Part shown: positions 36,714 through 50,697 of the stretch, one piece after another
Numbering within the stretch: position 1 is the first letter of the stretch
How the letters are laid out: the number at the start of each line of letters is the position of its first letter
Source of the DNA: Paraphysomonas bandaiensis
Taxonomy: Eukaryota > Protista > Chrysophyceae
Length of the DNA stretch: 64,000 nucleotides
Assembly: GCA_965644295.1 (NCBI GenBank)
Contig: CBFFRP010000373.1
Location: 275,522-339,521, forward strand
Reading direction: 5' to 3'
Notes under the pieces: model-generated
The model's database searches: none
What the model saw: the letters and a program-made list of their open reading frames with translations, nothing else
Told to the model about the DNA's origin: nothing
Program-made: the position numbers and the translations under genes

Positions 36714-39305
36714 TTACATTACCATATTCTCTTGGCGTTCCTTGATGGTAGCCTTTAACATTCTGATTCGTTCGGTCCTACTGAGAGGGTGATTTCCACC
36801 AAAAACACAACTACTTCTAGATGAGTTGTACGAATTTTCTGCATCTCTATCTTCTTCTTCACGGGCTCTTCTGCGAATATCTAGTGCCCTTCCCTCGTTA
36901 AAAAAATCCTTCGGTCCCAATAATTCTACCGTTTCTTCTGCACTGTCCAATTCGTTACTAACAACGGCAGTCTGTATATTTACTAATTTGTCAATCATAA
37001 CATCGTATTGTCCAATCTCCTGGAGCCCTGGTGTATGCAAACCTTCCGGTTTAACAGTTCCTTTAATGTCGTGGGAAAACGCGAACTCGTATGGATCCAC
37101 ATTGAGATGACCCCCATCGGCGCAATCAGCATAATCTTTGGTTGTATCTGGGGAATGTATGAAATCAGTGGTTCCACGCTCCCCCCCTTCATTGTTGTCA
37201 TCCACAGATTGTCGACTCACCTGCTGCGACCGATCGAACTGAACGCTGATCTGTCCTTCATGAAGTGTGGAATATACAGAGTTGGATGACATTGGCCTAT
37301 CTTCGACTGTATCCCCACGATTGCGTTCTTGATTTTCGAGCTCAGCCATGTCCTGTAACGACTCATTACTGATGCTATTATTGTTCTCCTGATTAATGCT
37401 ATTGTGTTGTGTCATATCATGTCGAGCTTCTACGGCGGCAACCTGCCTCATTTTCTTCTCTTTCTTGAGCCGAAGTGTTTCCGCGTTTTTTTTCTTAATC
37501 TCTGCATCTATTGTAGTCACCACATGCCGAACCCCAATTGTTTTCAGCAGCTCATCTGCAATTTCACGAGCAACCTTCTTCCAACCCGTGACACGACGTT
37601 CTACCATGCGCTCGGTAACACGGTGGATACCAGCATCATAAACTTTCTGTTTCGTAACGATCAGCTAAGTGTATACATAATGGATGCAATAACCGCCACA
37701 CCTCAATCAAATCATGAAGTGTGTATACAACTCGCTGTGCCAAAACTTTCTCATATGCTGCCTCAGAGGTAGCTGCTGCAGCAGGAAGCTGAGGACGAAG
37801 AATAGTTCGCCTCAATACCTTCCTGTTGAGCGCACTGTTGCTGTCTTCTTTATCTCCTTCACTCGCTGCGTTGGCATGACTATTAACCTGTATAACAGAC
37901 TGACGACGAAAAGTAATGATCCGCCTCTCCTTATCGACAGGCAGAGTTTCAGGTGTGCTGACACATCGTCCACTGTTATCAGTGTCACTCATCTGCGACT
38001 TTAGAGGGCTTGCTTTCTCAGGTGTCATATCCTTCTCCGTTCGCGAATAGCATGGACATTCCGAATTCTCTCCATCCTCATCTGAAAGTATCCACTCTCT
38101 GTCACTATCGTCAAATGGATCTTCGTTTTCCTCCATTCTTCCTAGCCAAACGGAGGAACTCTCTTCGCACTGTTGGATCTACGTCAGACACACAAAAATT
38201 GCAAAGGCAATATATAACCTGACCCGCAGCGATGTGCGCTAGACTCTCTTTAGAATTGAATAAAATTGCCACATGGGCTCCTGCAGGCCTGTACTCCTCT
38301 TTTGGAGACTGGCAATCGAAGTACACTGTGGATCTCTTGCAACGATTAAGATAGTAGTAGGTGAAAAGCTCCAGTTCTTGTAGACTCGCCCGCATATTAA
38401 CATCCTGACCATCCCACACCATCTTGCGAACTGTCTCGTGGTCATTATTTATAATACTTTCAAACCATTGCACCCTTAAAAAGACAAGGGTTACGCCAGG
38501 GAGTACACAATGGGATACTAGACCCACCTGCGTGGTTTTGTCATTATCGAGGCAGTCGGTGGTAATAGCGGAGCAAAGTTCTTCAGACCCTTTTCCAATG
38601 CACTATCGCCAATATTAAGCAATTTTAAATTTTCAAGCTTTTCAAAGCATCTGGCAGCTCCAGGAATAGACCCCAGGGTCATTTTGGGCGTCGAATCGAG
38701 CATTAATAGTTCCAAACGTGTAAGATGTTCTAGATTTTCCACAGTGTCAATATGTGTGTGTCCAAGATCCAATGATCGAAGCAAAGAAAGCTCCCTAAGA
38801 GGGGACAAGTCAGAGAAACTTGAAAAACTTGCACCAAGTAACTCGAGGGAGTACAACCACTTAAGGTCTTCAAATGAAGAGCACTGTAGACCACTAATAT
38901 TCAATGTTCTCAAAACAGTGCAATGTTTTATGGGAGATATATCAAAGATATTGGTATACGACAGATTTAAATGTTGCAATCCTACGCACTTGTGTAAATT
39001 GTTTAAAGAAGAATTTGTGAGTCGAAAACATCGCGCGACGCTGATTGCCCTTTCATGTCCTCCACATATGGCTGTTAGTCGGAGAAAAACCTGGTCTGTT
39101 ATTTCGTCAGGTTTTTCAGGAACCTGAAGGTTCAGCTGTTTGGACTGGTGAACAATGAACCTTTGAGTCAAAAGCATCTCAGATATCCAACAAGTTACAA
39201 AAGAATGTACTTCCTCTCTACTGCGAAGGAGTTTGCATCCCAGCACGAATATAATACTGAAATTGTTGGACAATGTACTTGGCACCTCCTTTCTGATTTA
39301 TTCAT
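36714..39305 (-). CDS. Multi-exon protein with leucine-rich repeats, an ankyrin-like segment and a charged low-complexity C-terminus
   Basis: LRR consensus (LQHLNLSYT, LRTLNISG, LRSLDLGHT). ORFs 38518-39285, 38111-38527, 37636-38136 and 36714-37607 join through short GT-AG introns of about 37-55 nt. The start is uncertain. Confidence 0.75.
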
Positions 39306-39736
39306 GAATCTATAAAGTTGCAACTGTTGTTGAGCCGTTGTGAAGAGTGTAACAATATGCATGTATTCGCCCGCCATCATGACCGTATACCGTATTCGTA
39401 CCGTATACCATCATGACATGTGTGGCATCCTGAGACGTATACCTACCTACCATCATGGTATACACAATCCAAAAACGTGCTACAAAGAAGTTATATACAT
39501 AGGAATTCCTACTACTCTGTAGGTACAACATTGTGCATGTATTTCCCAAAATCCTGCATTTCTAAATAATGCAGAGCTTGGTGGTAAACAAAGCAGATTA
39601 TGCTTCCACACTATTACTAATGCAGAAATCCGTACCTATTGCAGATGCACCAGAAAGGAACAGAACGGTATTAAATTCCGATTCTATATAGCAGTGAATC
39701 GTAACTGATCATCTACTATACGAACTTGAAATTTTG

Positions 39737-42705
39737 ATGGCTAAAATATCTGAGTCCGTAAATGTGCGTTTGATTCCTCTTCTCGGTGGACGCGAATATG
39801 GAGCTGTGTCTTCTATTTTAGAAATTGGATATCGCCGATTCCTTCTAGATTGCGGATGCCTGCCTTCTACTGATGTGGCTACTATAGAGAGTATACGAAA
39901 ATATCTTACCCAGTCTCCCCCGTTGGATGGAATTTTACTGAGTCATGCCGATTTGGACCACATTGGCGGCTTACCCTACCTATTCGGAACTAATGGTACG
40001 ACATCCAGATTATGTAAACTTTTTAATATATTTTCTAGGTATCAAGAATGTTCCAGTAATATGTACACTCCCTGTGTTAAAAATGGGACATATGGTTTTG
40101 TATGATTTGTATTGCAATCGTGAATATGAGGGATGGGATGATTCTGCTTCTCCTCGTTTTACCCTTGATGATGTCGATTGTGCCCTATCAATGACGCAAA
40201 CAGTAAAATTTAATCAGTCTATTGATCTCTGTGCAGCAGGTGGTAGTGCAGCAGACACATCGTTGTGTGCGTACCCTGCAGGGCGTACAATAGGTGGTTC
40301 GTGCTGGCGCATTCGTCATGGCACAACCGAGGTAGTGTACGTGATGGACATGCATCTTCGCAAAAGTGCTGTGGTTGACGGGGGTGTCTTGTCTTTACCG
40401 TCCTCTCCTTCGCTTATGATTGTTGAAGGGGGTTGTGCTAGTCCAGAACGAAACGTCAGTGGTGGGCTTGTAACAGGTCGCAGAAGGAAGGGTATCGTAG
40501 ACGAGGGTGTGATCGCTGCTGTAATGGAGACCGTTAGAATGGAAGGAAATGTTTTAATCCCATGTGAAACTGCTGGGAGGACCTTAGATATGATCTATTC
40601 TATCGGAAAACACTGGGCAGAGAATAAATATTCTGGTCTCTATCACCTTGTCTACCTGTCCCCTATGGGCAACAATGTCATGGAATTCGCGCGGTCTCAG
40701 CTCGAATGGATGAGCGATTCTCTGTCTAAGGGCTTTTATCTCGGCAAAGCCAACCCCTTTGCAATGCCTCATATGAGTGTATGTACGAATTTGAAAGAAC
40801 TACAGCGTCTCGGTCCCGGACCTAAGGTAGCGTCATTTTTGCCATGAATTATCACAATAATAATGATTGAATAGGTAGTATTAGTAACGGATATCTCACT
40901 TTCCCTCGGCATGTCAAAAGAACTTTTACTTCGGTGGGGAGGGGATCCGAGATGTCGTGTTATTTTTACAGACCAACCCCAGCATGGTTGATATCGATAT
41001 ATCTCTGGCATCTCAGATAATATCATGTATGTAGGAACTCTTGCTGCTGAGATTCGACTGCTGTCACACAGCCCTCCTATAATTGCTACTGTTGACCGTC
41101 CTGAGAGAGTTTTGCTCGAGGGCGAAGAGCTTAGCAGCTACATGGCTAAGCAAGTGGAGGGGGCCAGACGGGAAGATGAGGCTGAGCACCGACGTATGAG
41201 AGAGAGAGAATTAGCCCAGGTAGTATTACAGTAGAAACATTGTAATTTCGTGGTTCATTATTTGTGAGCAGCTGATAGGAGGAACAACTGTAACTGAAGA
41301 AGTTGATGGAAGCGATCAAAGTGGAGATGATGAAGAGCCTGATGTAACCGAAATTAAAAGCGACAGTGATGCCGTAACTCTTGCCACTCCTACAAAGAGG
41401 TCGCTCTCTGTAGAATCTAGTAATTTTAATTCTGGGTTTAAAAGGGCGCGTATATCGAATGGTGCTTCTAATTCATCCAGTATAGGTAAGAATAAATCTT
41501 TTGCTGTCTTTTTTTTTACTTACATTGTGCAGGAAGGATTTCACAATATGCCAAACCAAGGTTCAATATGTTTGAAACGAAGGAAATAGAGCCAACTGTA
41601 GATGATTACGGTGCAGCGAATACAGACTTGAAGTTTACAAGTGTAGTTACTTCTAGCATATTAGTTCCAAGGTAGGTATATTGTATACGACGACAGCACA
41701 CCATTGACACAAATGTCACGCAGACAAGGGGGTAGTTTACAACTTCCTTCATCATCGTTACACATCCAGCAAAATAGCGGGGATGTCCCTAATCGTGGTC
41801 AGGGATCAGATATCAGTCCCGTTTTACCTCTAACCCCAAGCATGGATCGTATTGCTGACGAGCGAGTTGATAGCAGCTTGAACGAAGATCAGCAACCTCC
41901 TTTTAAAATTATTTCGAAGAAGGTAAAGATTCAGTTTACGTGTGGCTTCAAAGAGCTGCCTTCAAACACTTGGGGTCGCTCTGATTTCAAAGGTGTCAAA
42001 ACTATAATTAGCACGTGTGGGCCGCGCCGAGTTGTTGTTCTCCGGGGAACTGGTCACGATTGTGATGCTGTTGTTCAGTATTCTCGCCGTAGCTCGAAAG
42101 CGGACGCGTTTGCGCCTTCCAATTTTGAAGCTGTTGAATTTTCTGTTAAGCCTGACAGAATTCGAGTCATGATGTCCCACTCACATTTGAATCCTAACGA
42201 TACCCGAGTTATTAATGGTAATAACCGAGGACATGACAGTGGAAGTCATGTTGTGAAAACGTGTTCAGTTTCTACTGTAAAAGGAATTTTGGGTGATGTC
42301 TGTAGTTCTCAAGTTGCGACCGCGTATGCAGCTGATTCAAATGGGATCCAAGTCGTACATCTTAAAGAAAAATCAGATTCTAATGTAGACCCAGCGGTGC
42401 AATTGCACCTCTCACTTCCTCATTCTCTCATATGCGAAAAATTGCAGAATCGTTTCACCAATTTGCCCGTGACTGTAGGTGCTATCAGTGTCGGAGAAGT
42501 CCTGTTGAATACCCTTCAGTTGGACCTTACCAGTAGCGGCGTAATTGTGGAGTCAAAGCTTGGATTTGGAGGGGCAATGTTGGTTTGTGCTGGCCAAGTT
42601 ACAGTGAGGAAAGAAAATGAAAATGATTTTATAGTGGAAGGGCCACCTTGCACCACATTTTTTCAAGTGCGTGATGCAGTTTACAAACAGTTTGCCTTTA
42701 TATGA
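39737..42705 (+). CDS. CPSF2: Cleavage and polyadenylation specificity factor subunit 2 (CPSF100), multi-exon
   Basis: MBL/beta-CASP motifs LLDCG, LLSHADLDHIGGLPY, TLPVLKMG, PAGRTIGG and ARSQLEWMSD; C-terminal FIVEGP...VRDAVYKQF. Confidence 0.92.
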
Positions 42706-42939
42706 TATCAGTTAGGAGCATATTGATCTGAATGAGTCGTATTCATAGTTGAGGTGATGTAGTAATAGTAATAATTTTTCAGTATTACACAGTGAGAGAT
42801 TTTATTTAGTTTTTTGTCTTTTGTTCCTCTAAATTAGAAATTTTGTTTCGAATCTCGTGAGTAGAAATAAAGTAAAGCGCTACATAATGACTTAATTTGA
42901 CGTACGAAACTAAGATTTATAGCTAGTCTTATAGTATAT

Positions 42940-42990
42940 CAGGGCCGGGTAACCATTAATGCCATTACCATTAACGGTTACCAGGCCCTG
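42940..42990. mobile_element. 51-bp TIR-only palindromic mini-element (hAT-like CAGGG termini)
   Basis: CAGGGCCGGGTAACCATTAATG and its 20/22-matching inverted partner, separated by 7 bp. Confidence 0.6.
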
Positions 42991-43059
42991 CTTAGTATTA
43001 GTGAAGATGCACTTAGAGTTAAAGATTGACTCTATAAACTTCAAATGCATCTATTGTAC

Positions 43060-44880
43060 ACATGCAATGCATCACATTTCGTCTTCGCAATCGAACGAGA
43101 AATGCGCAGTTTCTTGTGACCAAGTCTGGTGAAATTCGACAGCCTCCTTCATTTCATGGACATCGAACCCAACAATCTTAGGGTGTGGAAGTATGTCATC
43201 AGGGGGCATCCGAGAACCGACACTGCCAACGAAGGAGTTCTTGATTCTTGTGATTCGACACTACGCGGTAATCTACGCACATACCATTCAGGTACTGGGG
43301 GTGGCGAACGTACGTATTCTTCCAGTTCCTGGCTTGAGGGCCATGACATCAATGGATTCATCATTGATTAAAGCTTTGGCTGCATTGCGAGGCCGGCCGC
43401 GTTTCCTAGCAGGCCTGATTGAGCTGGGCATGTGCTTCACATCAATGTCCCGGTGGTAATATTAAGAAATAAATGTACTACCCATACCTCTCAAGTGATG
43501 CAGTATCGACCATTGTCCCTAAACCTAGGTACAGGTCTTGCGCTTCACTTTGTAGGGAACCTCTCGAACAACATACATACTGAGAAATCTGTTACAGAGA
43601 ATGATTAGTACTCTATTCAGACGCATAAGTACAATATACTACACCTCTCCCTATATTCCCCCAGTGAAAGTCGATCTTTCCTTTTGACGGAACGAAACAT
43701 ATCTATATAAGATTTTCATATTCTGTTCTCCCTCGTGTGCCAATGAACAAGTTCCTCTTTGAGTTCACGTACCTATAAAAATTATTCGCTGTAAAAGATG
43801 AATAATCGATAAGTTGTTATACTTACCAGTAAACCTCATTTTTAGCCTGGATTAAAACATCCATGCGCTTACAGTTTTGAGGACCGAGATCTACAATTGC
43901 GCATGCGCCAGTGAGACAGTCTCGATGCACATGACCATGTTGCAGATAAGACAGCTGGTCACTACATAGGAAATTAATCCTACTGACCCGGTACTGCTCT
44001 CGAAGATGCTTCAACATCGCAGGTAGATGCTTCAGATACTTCGAGAAAGTGTGACATCACAGCCCTCTCCTGAATTAAACTGACCTGAACAGGGATTCCG
44101 AGCTATATTCTAGGGGCATATCCGAGTATCCACTCCCGAATAACGGCATCTCGCACTAAAATTAATAATCGTCTATCGGAGATTACACGCAGCATCTGTA
44201 TTGTGGTAAAGTATATTCATACAGTACATAATATACATTTACCTTAACATTACTTAGAGCTGTGTTCAAATACAGCTTGTCTACAAGCCTATACTTGTTC
44301 CTAGCCATGCCCCTAAGGAAATGGATGTTGCAGTCCACAGGCGTGGCAGAGAGTACCCAAGCTGCTTTGCCACATCTTTCAATACGGTGAATAGGGCGAC
44401 AAATACAGGACTCGCTTCCGTTCTACTGCAGGCGTGGAAAAAGGGCACAGGTTTTCTGCTCAAATGGTTTTCTATAATAATAGATAGTATAAATGTGTTA
44501 CACCGATACGTATATAGTGAAGGTACTCTTACCTACACGTGACTCAATCAGGTTATCAGCAATTAAGGCAGTCAATGCCCACCCATTATTTGAAACCTTA
44601 TATGTCGAATCCACAGATAAGAATAGACACGTCTCCTTGTGGGCATGAAAAGTACACTGCGTGTATCAGAGAACACAAGTCCAGTGGGGAAAGAACTATA
44701 ATGAAGGGCATAGGTGAATACATTATACATCGGGCATCTGATATCTCCGGTAAGTGGACATACTTTAGAACTGAAGAAGTATTCATTGTACAATCTCTCT
44801 TTGGTTTTCACGTTTGCTGCTCTTGGTCGGGTGTACCACTCTTACTATAAATATATTTATATTGAGAGGCCATAGCCTTC
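43060..44880 (-). pseudogene. Highly degenerate coding remnant, possibly a MULE-type transposase
   Basis: Broken frames; AT-hook-like RKRGRPRNAAKAL after a degenerate KTCT segment resembles a MULE C-terminus. No TIRs identified. Confidence 0.3.
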
Positions 44881-45057
44881 CCACCATATTATAATAGCCA
44901 TGAAATTGGGTGATGTCCATTATGGGAAATAAATGGCTTCCAAGTTCTAATTCTAATAATAATTTTGCAACTGGTACAACAAAATCCCGTATTTATCCTA
45001 TGTGAGAGGACCAAAAAAATGAAAAAAAGCCGCTTGTGGTTAGCCCTAAATATTCGC

Positions 45058-45490
45058 TAGCAATAGGCGTGTAAGAATCAGACCTCTAGTTTAGAATTGA
45101 AATTTAACTAACTAGTGCTTAACCTTGATATCCTACTATTAAGCGCTACGAAAGCTGAGCATTTAAAACACTTTCGCTCTTCAGCACTCAAAGCAAACGC
45201 AGTGAGCAAACATAATGTTGATATACTTGACATCTGCTCAGCAAATTCAGGATTTTTGAGTCCTTAAGGTAAATAGTCCGGGTGCTTCACTTCATCAGGC
45301 AGCCAATGTTTATTCGTTTGGGCCCTACTATTGACCCTTACTTATTAGTGTCCCTTGTACCATACAAGCATTTGGCTATGAGTGGGCAGAACAATATCTG
45401 CTGACTATATGCTAGTTTCCTGGAGAAATATCTCCGATACTTACCCACAAAACACCACGAAAAGATGCAATTCCGATACTGTTGAGGGTA
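45058..45490 (-). mobile_element. Bipartite non-autonomous retroelement, copy C
   Basis: Reverse-complement homology to 31279-31750 (GCCCACTCATAGCC, GTACAAGGGACAC, GCCTATTGC). Confidence 0.7.
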
Positions 45491-45821
45491 GCTAGAGGTG
45501 GCTATGCAGTGTATATACGGATATACGTATATATATATCGTACTTAGAATAGTATATTGCTGTATTCTTTGTGATGCGTTACTTAAAATAATGTTGTGGT
45601 GGAAGCAGTTTATAGCCATTTGAAAACCCAAAATTATTGCTAATTATTATTATATAAATATATTACGAGCTATTATTTAGTGTTCATTATATAATCAATT
45701 CAAAATTCATAATGCTCTATTCGAATATACAAAGAATTGATATTACGAGGAATAAGCCTAATGTATGTAAATGTAGAATGTAGAGCTACTTCTAAGTCTA
45801 GTAGGGCTTTTGAAAGCCTTG

Positions 45822-46520
45822 TTATTTAGCAATAGGCGTTAAAAACTCGTGCCAATTTAGTGGCTTGTTGAATACTAGACGGACTAGTTAGACCTCTATC
45901 CATAACTAATCAGTACAAATTATATTATCCTACTATTAGCGCTCCAGAAGCTGCTTGTGCGTCGCAGTAAGCACCAAGGTACGACCTCTTCCGCTCTTAA
46001 GGTTGATCGAGAGTTTCGCCCTGATCGTGTGTCCTAGGACTACTGGCGCGTGTTGTTAGGGGTCTCCCCTTGGGATGAGATTCCACCAGGCTCTAAGGTA
46101 CAGGGTTCTGTATTTAGGTGTTGAGTGTACCGAGTGCTAGATGTGTGTGCTGAGAGGTGGGTGGTGTGGTGGAATGTGGCGTTGTTTCAGTGCACCGTTT
46201 GGGCGTCAGGCATAGGTGGACTTGCCTGAGAAGGTTTCATGCGGGCCGGTGATATGTTCCTGTGTGTATGAGTGGTGGGGTTCGTGTGTGCGGTCGGCGG
46301 TGGTCCAGTCTTGGGTCGTCTGTGGACTCCTAGTAATCGTAGCACCCTTGGGCGTTTCCATTTCTGTCTACGTTTCTTAACGCGGTCGCGGGAGTGTAGC
46401 CTAGGAGGTCCTTTGTGTAGGGTAATGTATCGTCGACTTCGATCTTGGATCATGAGCTTTGGATCATGTTCCTCATGGTGCACGTATTGGCCGTCGCGAT
46501 GCTCTCGCGGAAGATTCCTT
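45822..46520 (-). mobile_element. 5'-truncated LINE 3' end
   Basis: ORF end SGRGRTLVLTATHKQLLER*, then a 3' UTR. A short inverted copy of the 3' UTR lies at about 46661-46721. Confidence 0.65.
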
Positions 46521-46831
46521 TAGCACGATGTCCTAGTGTGCGTCGTCGTGTGGAGAGTGCTTTCCCAGTTTTCATGCATGCAGCCTTGCAGTCTGCATTG
46601 GTAGGAATGTGGTCTAGAGCTTAATAGCAAGAGGTAAGACACAAAGAAACAGTACAAAAGTATGTCTAGCATTCAACTAACCACTATATTGGCACGAGTT
46701 TTTAAAGCCTATTGCTAAAAAACTCAAAATGTAAAGACTTTCAATGAAAAATTAGTACATCTCAAAAGGTAAAGATATTTGTAATGAGAGGCCAACCTTC
46801 ACATCATTTTAATACCATTAAGGGCAATAAA

Positions 46832-49800
46832 TAATGTTGCGAACAGTATGTTACTAATCGACTATAGCTTATAAACTTAAACACTATAGCAAATCTACAT
46901 GGAAGGAATAAAGTTGGAATTCTAAGCTTCGACAGACATCTCCATCGCTAGTATTGATATCTCGGATGATAGATTCTGTAATTAACCCTAACTTATTAAG
47001 TAAAGCCACCAAAGTGACGTATCCTTATGGATGTTCTTTAAAAGCGAACCATCAACTTTTCGTAATATACACAAATGAATGATGCTTCCCCTCCTATATC
47101 CACTACATGAACATATGTGCACTCTGTCTCTAAACAAGACCATGCTGTGACTTCCCCCTGTTTATGTCAACTCATATATATATGATAGCTATATTGCGGT
47201 CTGATATGATAAAATAGATTATTTATGTATGTCTGTGTTAATTTGCTTTAGATTACATATGTTTCTTAATTTTAACGATAACGAGCAATAGTGATATATT
47301 AATATCTCATATCTTTCATAGAAAGAATTTCATTAGTATGTATACACAACAGCAGGGGGCGGTAACAATTTATTACCAGCAAAAATAGATGATAATAATA
47401 TCTTAAAGGCCAATAACAATTTATAATATAAATATACTGCAATGAATTGATATATAATAAAGAATTGATCTTTATAATAGTAAATCAATGTTGTGATTAT
47501 TAGAGTGTAAGTAATGAACACGATAGAGTGAAAATTATGAATAACAATATAGAACGTACTATCATGCACAACGGAATAGTTAGAAGTGTAACTGATAATG
47601 ACGACGTTATGATGACGATCACGTATCTTCGACAGATACCCTCTCTAATTCAGTTCATGGTATATTTCATTGAATATTATATAATTCACAGATACAATCA
47701 TGTATTAAGCTGAATCCTAATACGCCCCCACAATGAAATAATCAGTGAACCGTAGATAATAGAGAGAATATGAACTTATATACACACTGAGAGTAAAAAC
47801 CAGAGTAGCAGTCACTAGCCAATAATAAGCGAACTGCAGAGATGCCATATTGTGAGACCATCCTTCTAGTCCAGCATCATGTATTGAATAAAAGAAAAAA
47901 AATGGTAAAAACTTCGTGTAACTCAAACTAGCCACCTAGGTCGCTAGTGGCTTGGTAATTGTGATTTAGGTGTCTCTGAGGTTGTTGATCGCTTCCTGTT
48001 GCTGCTGGATGGGATGTCGAACCCAGCTCCCCCCATCAATGTAGTTCGCAATGTGCGGAAGTTATTTGTTCCTAGTGGTTTCGTAAGGAGGTCGGCTAAC
48101 ATTGACTTTGTGGATATATGATCCACAGTCAAAATGTTCTCCGCAATGTGTTCACGGATGAAGTGGTATCGAATCGCGATATGTTTTGTACGTCGATGAT
48201 GAGTAGGATTGTAACATAATTGGACTGCACCTTTATTATCGCACCAAATAGTTGTTGAGAATGGAAGTTTGAAACCAATTTCTGATAATAAAGAGCTTCC
48301 TGAGCTGCTGACGATAAAGCCATATACTCAGCTTCAGTAGATGACAATGTCACAGTTGTCTGTAATCGAGATTGCCATGATATAAGACAATTACCTATGG
48401 AGAATGTAAAAGCTGTAGTGGACCGTCGAGTAAGGTGACATCGTGCCCAATCGCTATCGCAGTATCCTGACAATGTTATGTGGGATCCAGAATATATCAA
48501 TCCTTGCTTAGCAGTGCCTTTGAGATACCTAAGAACATGTAACGCAGCATTACAGGTAGTTAGATTAGGCATATCAGAAAATCTGGCAAGAGTATTGACT
48601 GCATAGGCGATATCCGGTCGAGTGCATACAGCTAGATACATCAGGGAACCTATGAGCTCCTTGTAGGGGAAATTCTGAACATAACTTTGATTTGACTCTG
48701 AAAGATGATTGTATTCATGTAAATCATAGTTGAAAGACAGTAACATAGGTGTTGACATGGGTTTACAGTTGGACATATTGAATTTGTCCAGTAGTTTTCT
48801 GACATACTGCTCCTGACTGAGAGTCGTGATAGTTTTGTCAAAATCTTGATGAATGGAGATGCCCAAGTAGTAATCTAGGAGTCCGAGATCCGTAATTTCG
48901 AACTTTTTGGATAAATGGTCTTTGAATTGTTGAATATCAGTGTCGGATGTGGATGCTATAATAATATCATCCACATACATGGCTATTAGCCTAATCCTGC
49001 CATTAATCTGCTTTTTGAATATACACGGGTCAGATATTAGTCTGGTGAAACCCATATCTAGCATAAAATTTGTACAGCACTTATACCAGTTAAGACCTGC
49101 TTGCTTTAGACCATAGATGCTTTTCATCAGTTTGAGGACTTTTCCGTCAGGGACGTCCATGCCAGGAGGGGGATGCATGTATATGGTCCTCTTCGAGGTC
49201 AGCATTGATGTACGCAGTTGTGAAATCGATTTGGTGCAATTTGAGTCTCATAATGGTCGATAGGGCAATAATTGTACGTAGTGATGTAGCCTTCGCGACG
49301 GGGCTGTATTATGTATCATTGTAATCGATGCCTTGGATTTGAGTAAAACCCTGTGCGACCAGTCGAGCCTTGATTTTGATATCATTCTGTTTTCTTTTTA
49401 TTTTGAATATGAGTTTCCCCTTTATGGCTCTTGCTCCAGGTGGTAACGCAGTGTATCTCCAGCATCCTTTCCTCTGAAGAGTGGATATTTCTCTGTTAAT
49501 AGCATCGATCCACTGCTGTTTATATTTACCTGAAATAGCATCTTGAACACTCTTTGGTGTATCGGTTAGCTCGTCAATGTCATCGCAATTGCTGATAGCA
49601 TGCATAACAATATCAATATTGTTTGTATGTAATTTTGATATACATTGTGTGTCATGTGCCATATGATTTACTACATGTTTAGCATTTACATCACATGTAT
49701 ATACACCATCACCTAGTTTGTGTACATTTACAATTACCCGTTTCCTGGCCATTCTCTTGCTTCGGAGAACACTCTTTCTACCAGCTAAAAATTGTTGTTT

Positions 49801-50697
49801 TGCTGTAGCACGGACCTTACTTGGCCCTTCAGGTGTACCCTGATTTTCCCAATCTCCCGATGAATCAGCAGGCTTATAACAGCGTTTGGCCACACGCTGA
49901 CACACACGATCCACTTGACTGTGTGGTGCCGGATTCGGCACTAGATTCCCATTGAATTGTTTCGAAGGGCGAGTCTTCGCTATCTTTGCATCGGAGTGGG
50001 TAGGTTCATTCCGATGACATTGGCTGCTGATTCTCTCCTGCGCGGCATCATGATGTCTTAAATTCACGCCACTCCCCCTGGAAGTAGCGGCTGGCGCTGG
50101 AGATCCATTAACTGTATCGGGGTCTCGATCTGATTTGCTGGATTTATTTATTGGGGTTTTCGATCGAGAATTACTACATTTGAGACCAACTGCTTTGAGT
50201 TCTATGTATTCTTCAGTGTACTTTTCGACGTCTGCAGCATGAATGGGGTCGTCGAGCTGGATGAGGCGTGTAGTGTCACCGCTGTTGTCCACTAGACCAC
50301 GATACGCTGCGATTAGTCCTTTTCTGAGCTTTATTTGAGTCGTTACATATGTTAATCCATCGTCTGGATCTACATCATGTGCTAGACCTATGAGATATTT
50401 GAAACTTTCTACTGTCCTGGAGGTCTCATTCCCTCTGAAGATCTCATTTATCTCCTTAAAATATCTCTTATCCGCTGGTGGAACACATTCGTTGAAAAAT
50501 ACATGTCCTGATATAACAAAATCTCTTAATGCGGGAACAAAGACTATATATCCAGGACCATCCTCTCGATAGCCCATAAAATACCCAGGCCAGCTATGTC
50601 TGTCCCAGTTGTTCTTTCGGAGACTGGAATCGATATTCACAAAGCATTTACATCCCCATATTCTGGCATAACTCAAGTCTGGTATTTCGTTTTCGAT
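46832..50697 (-). repeat. Arm 2 of the inverted duplication
   Basis: Reverse complement of 13614-17475. Confidence 0.93.
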
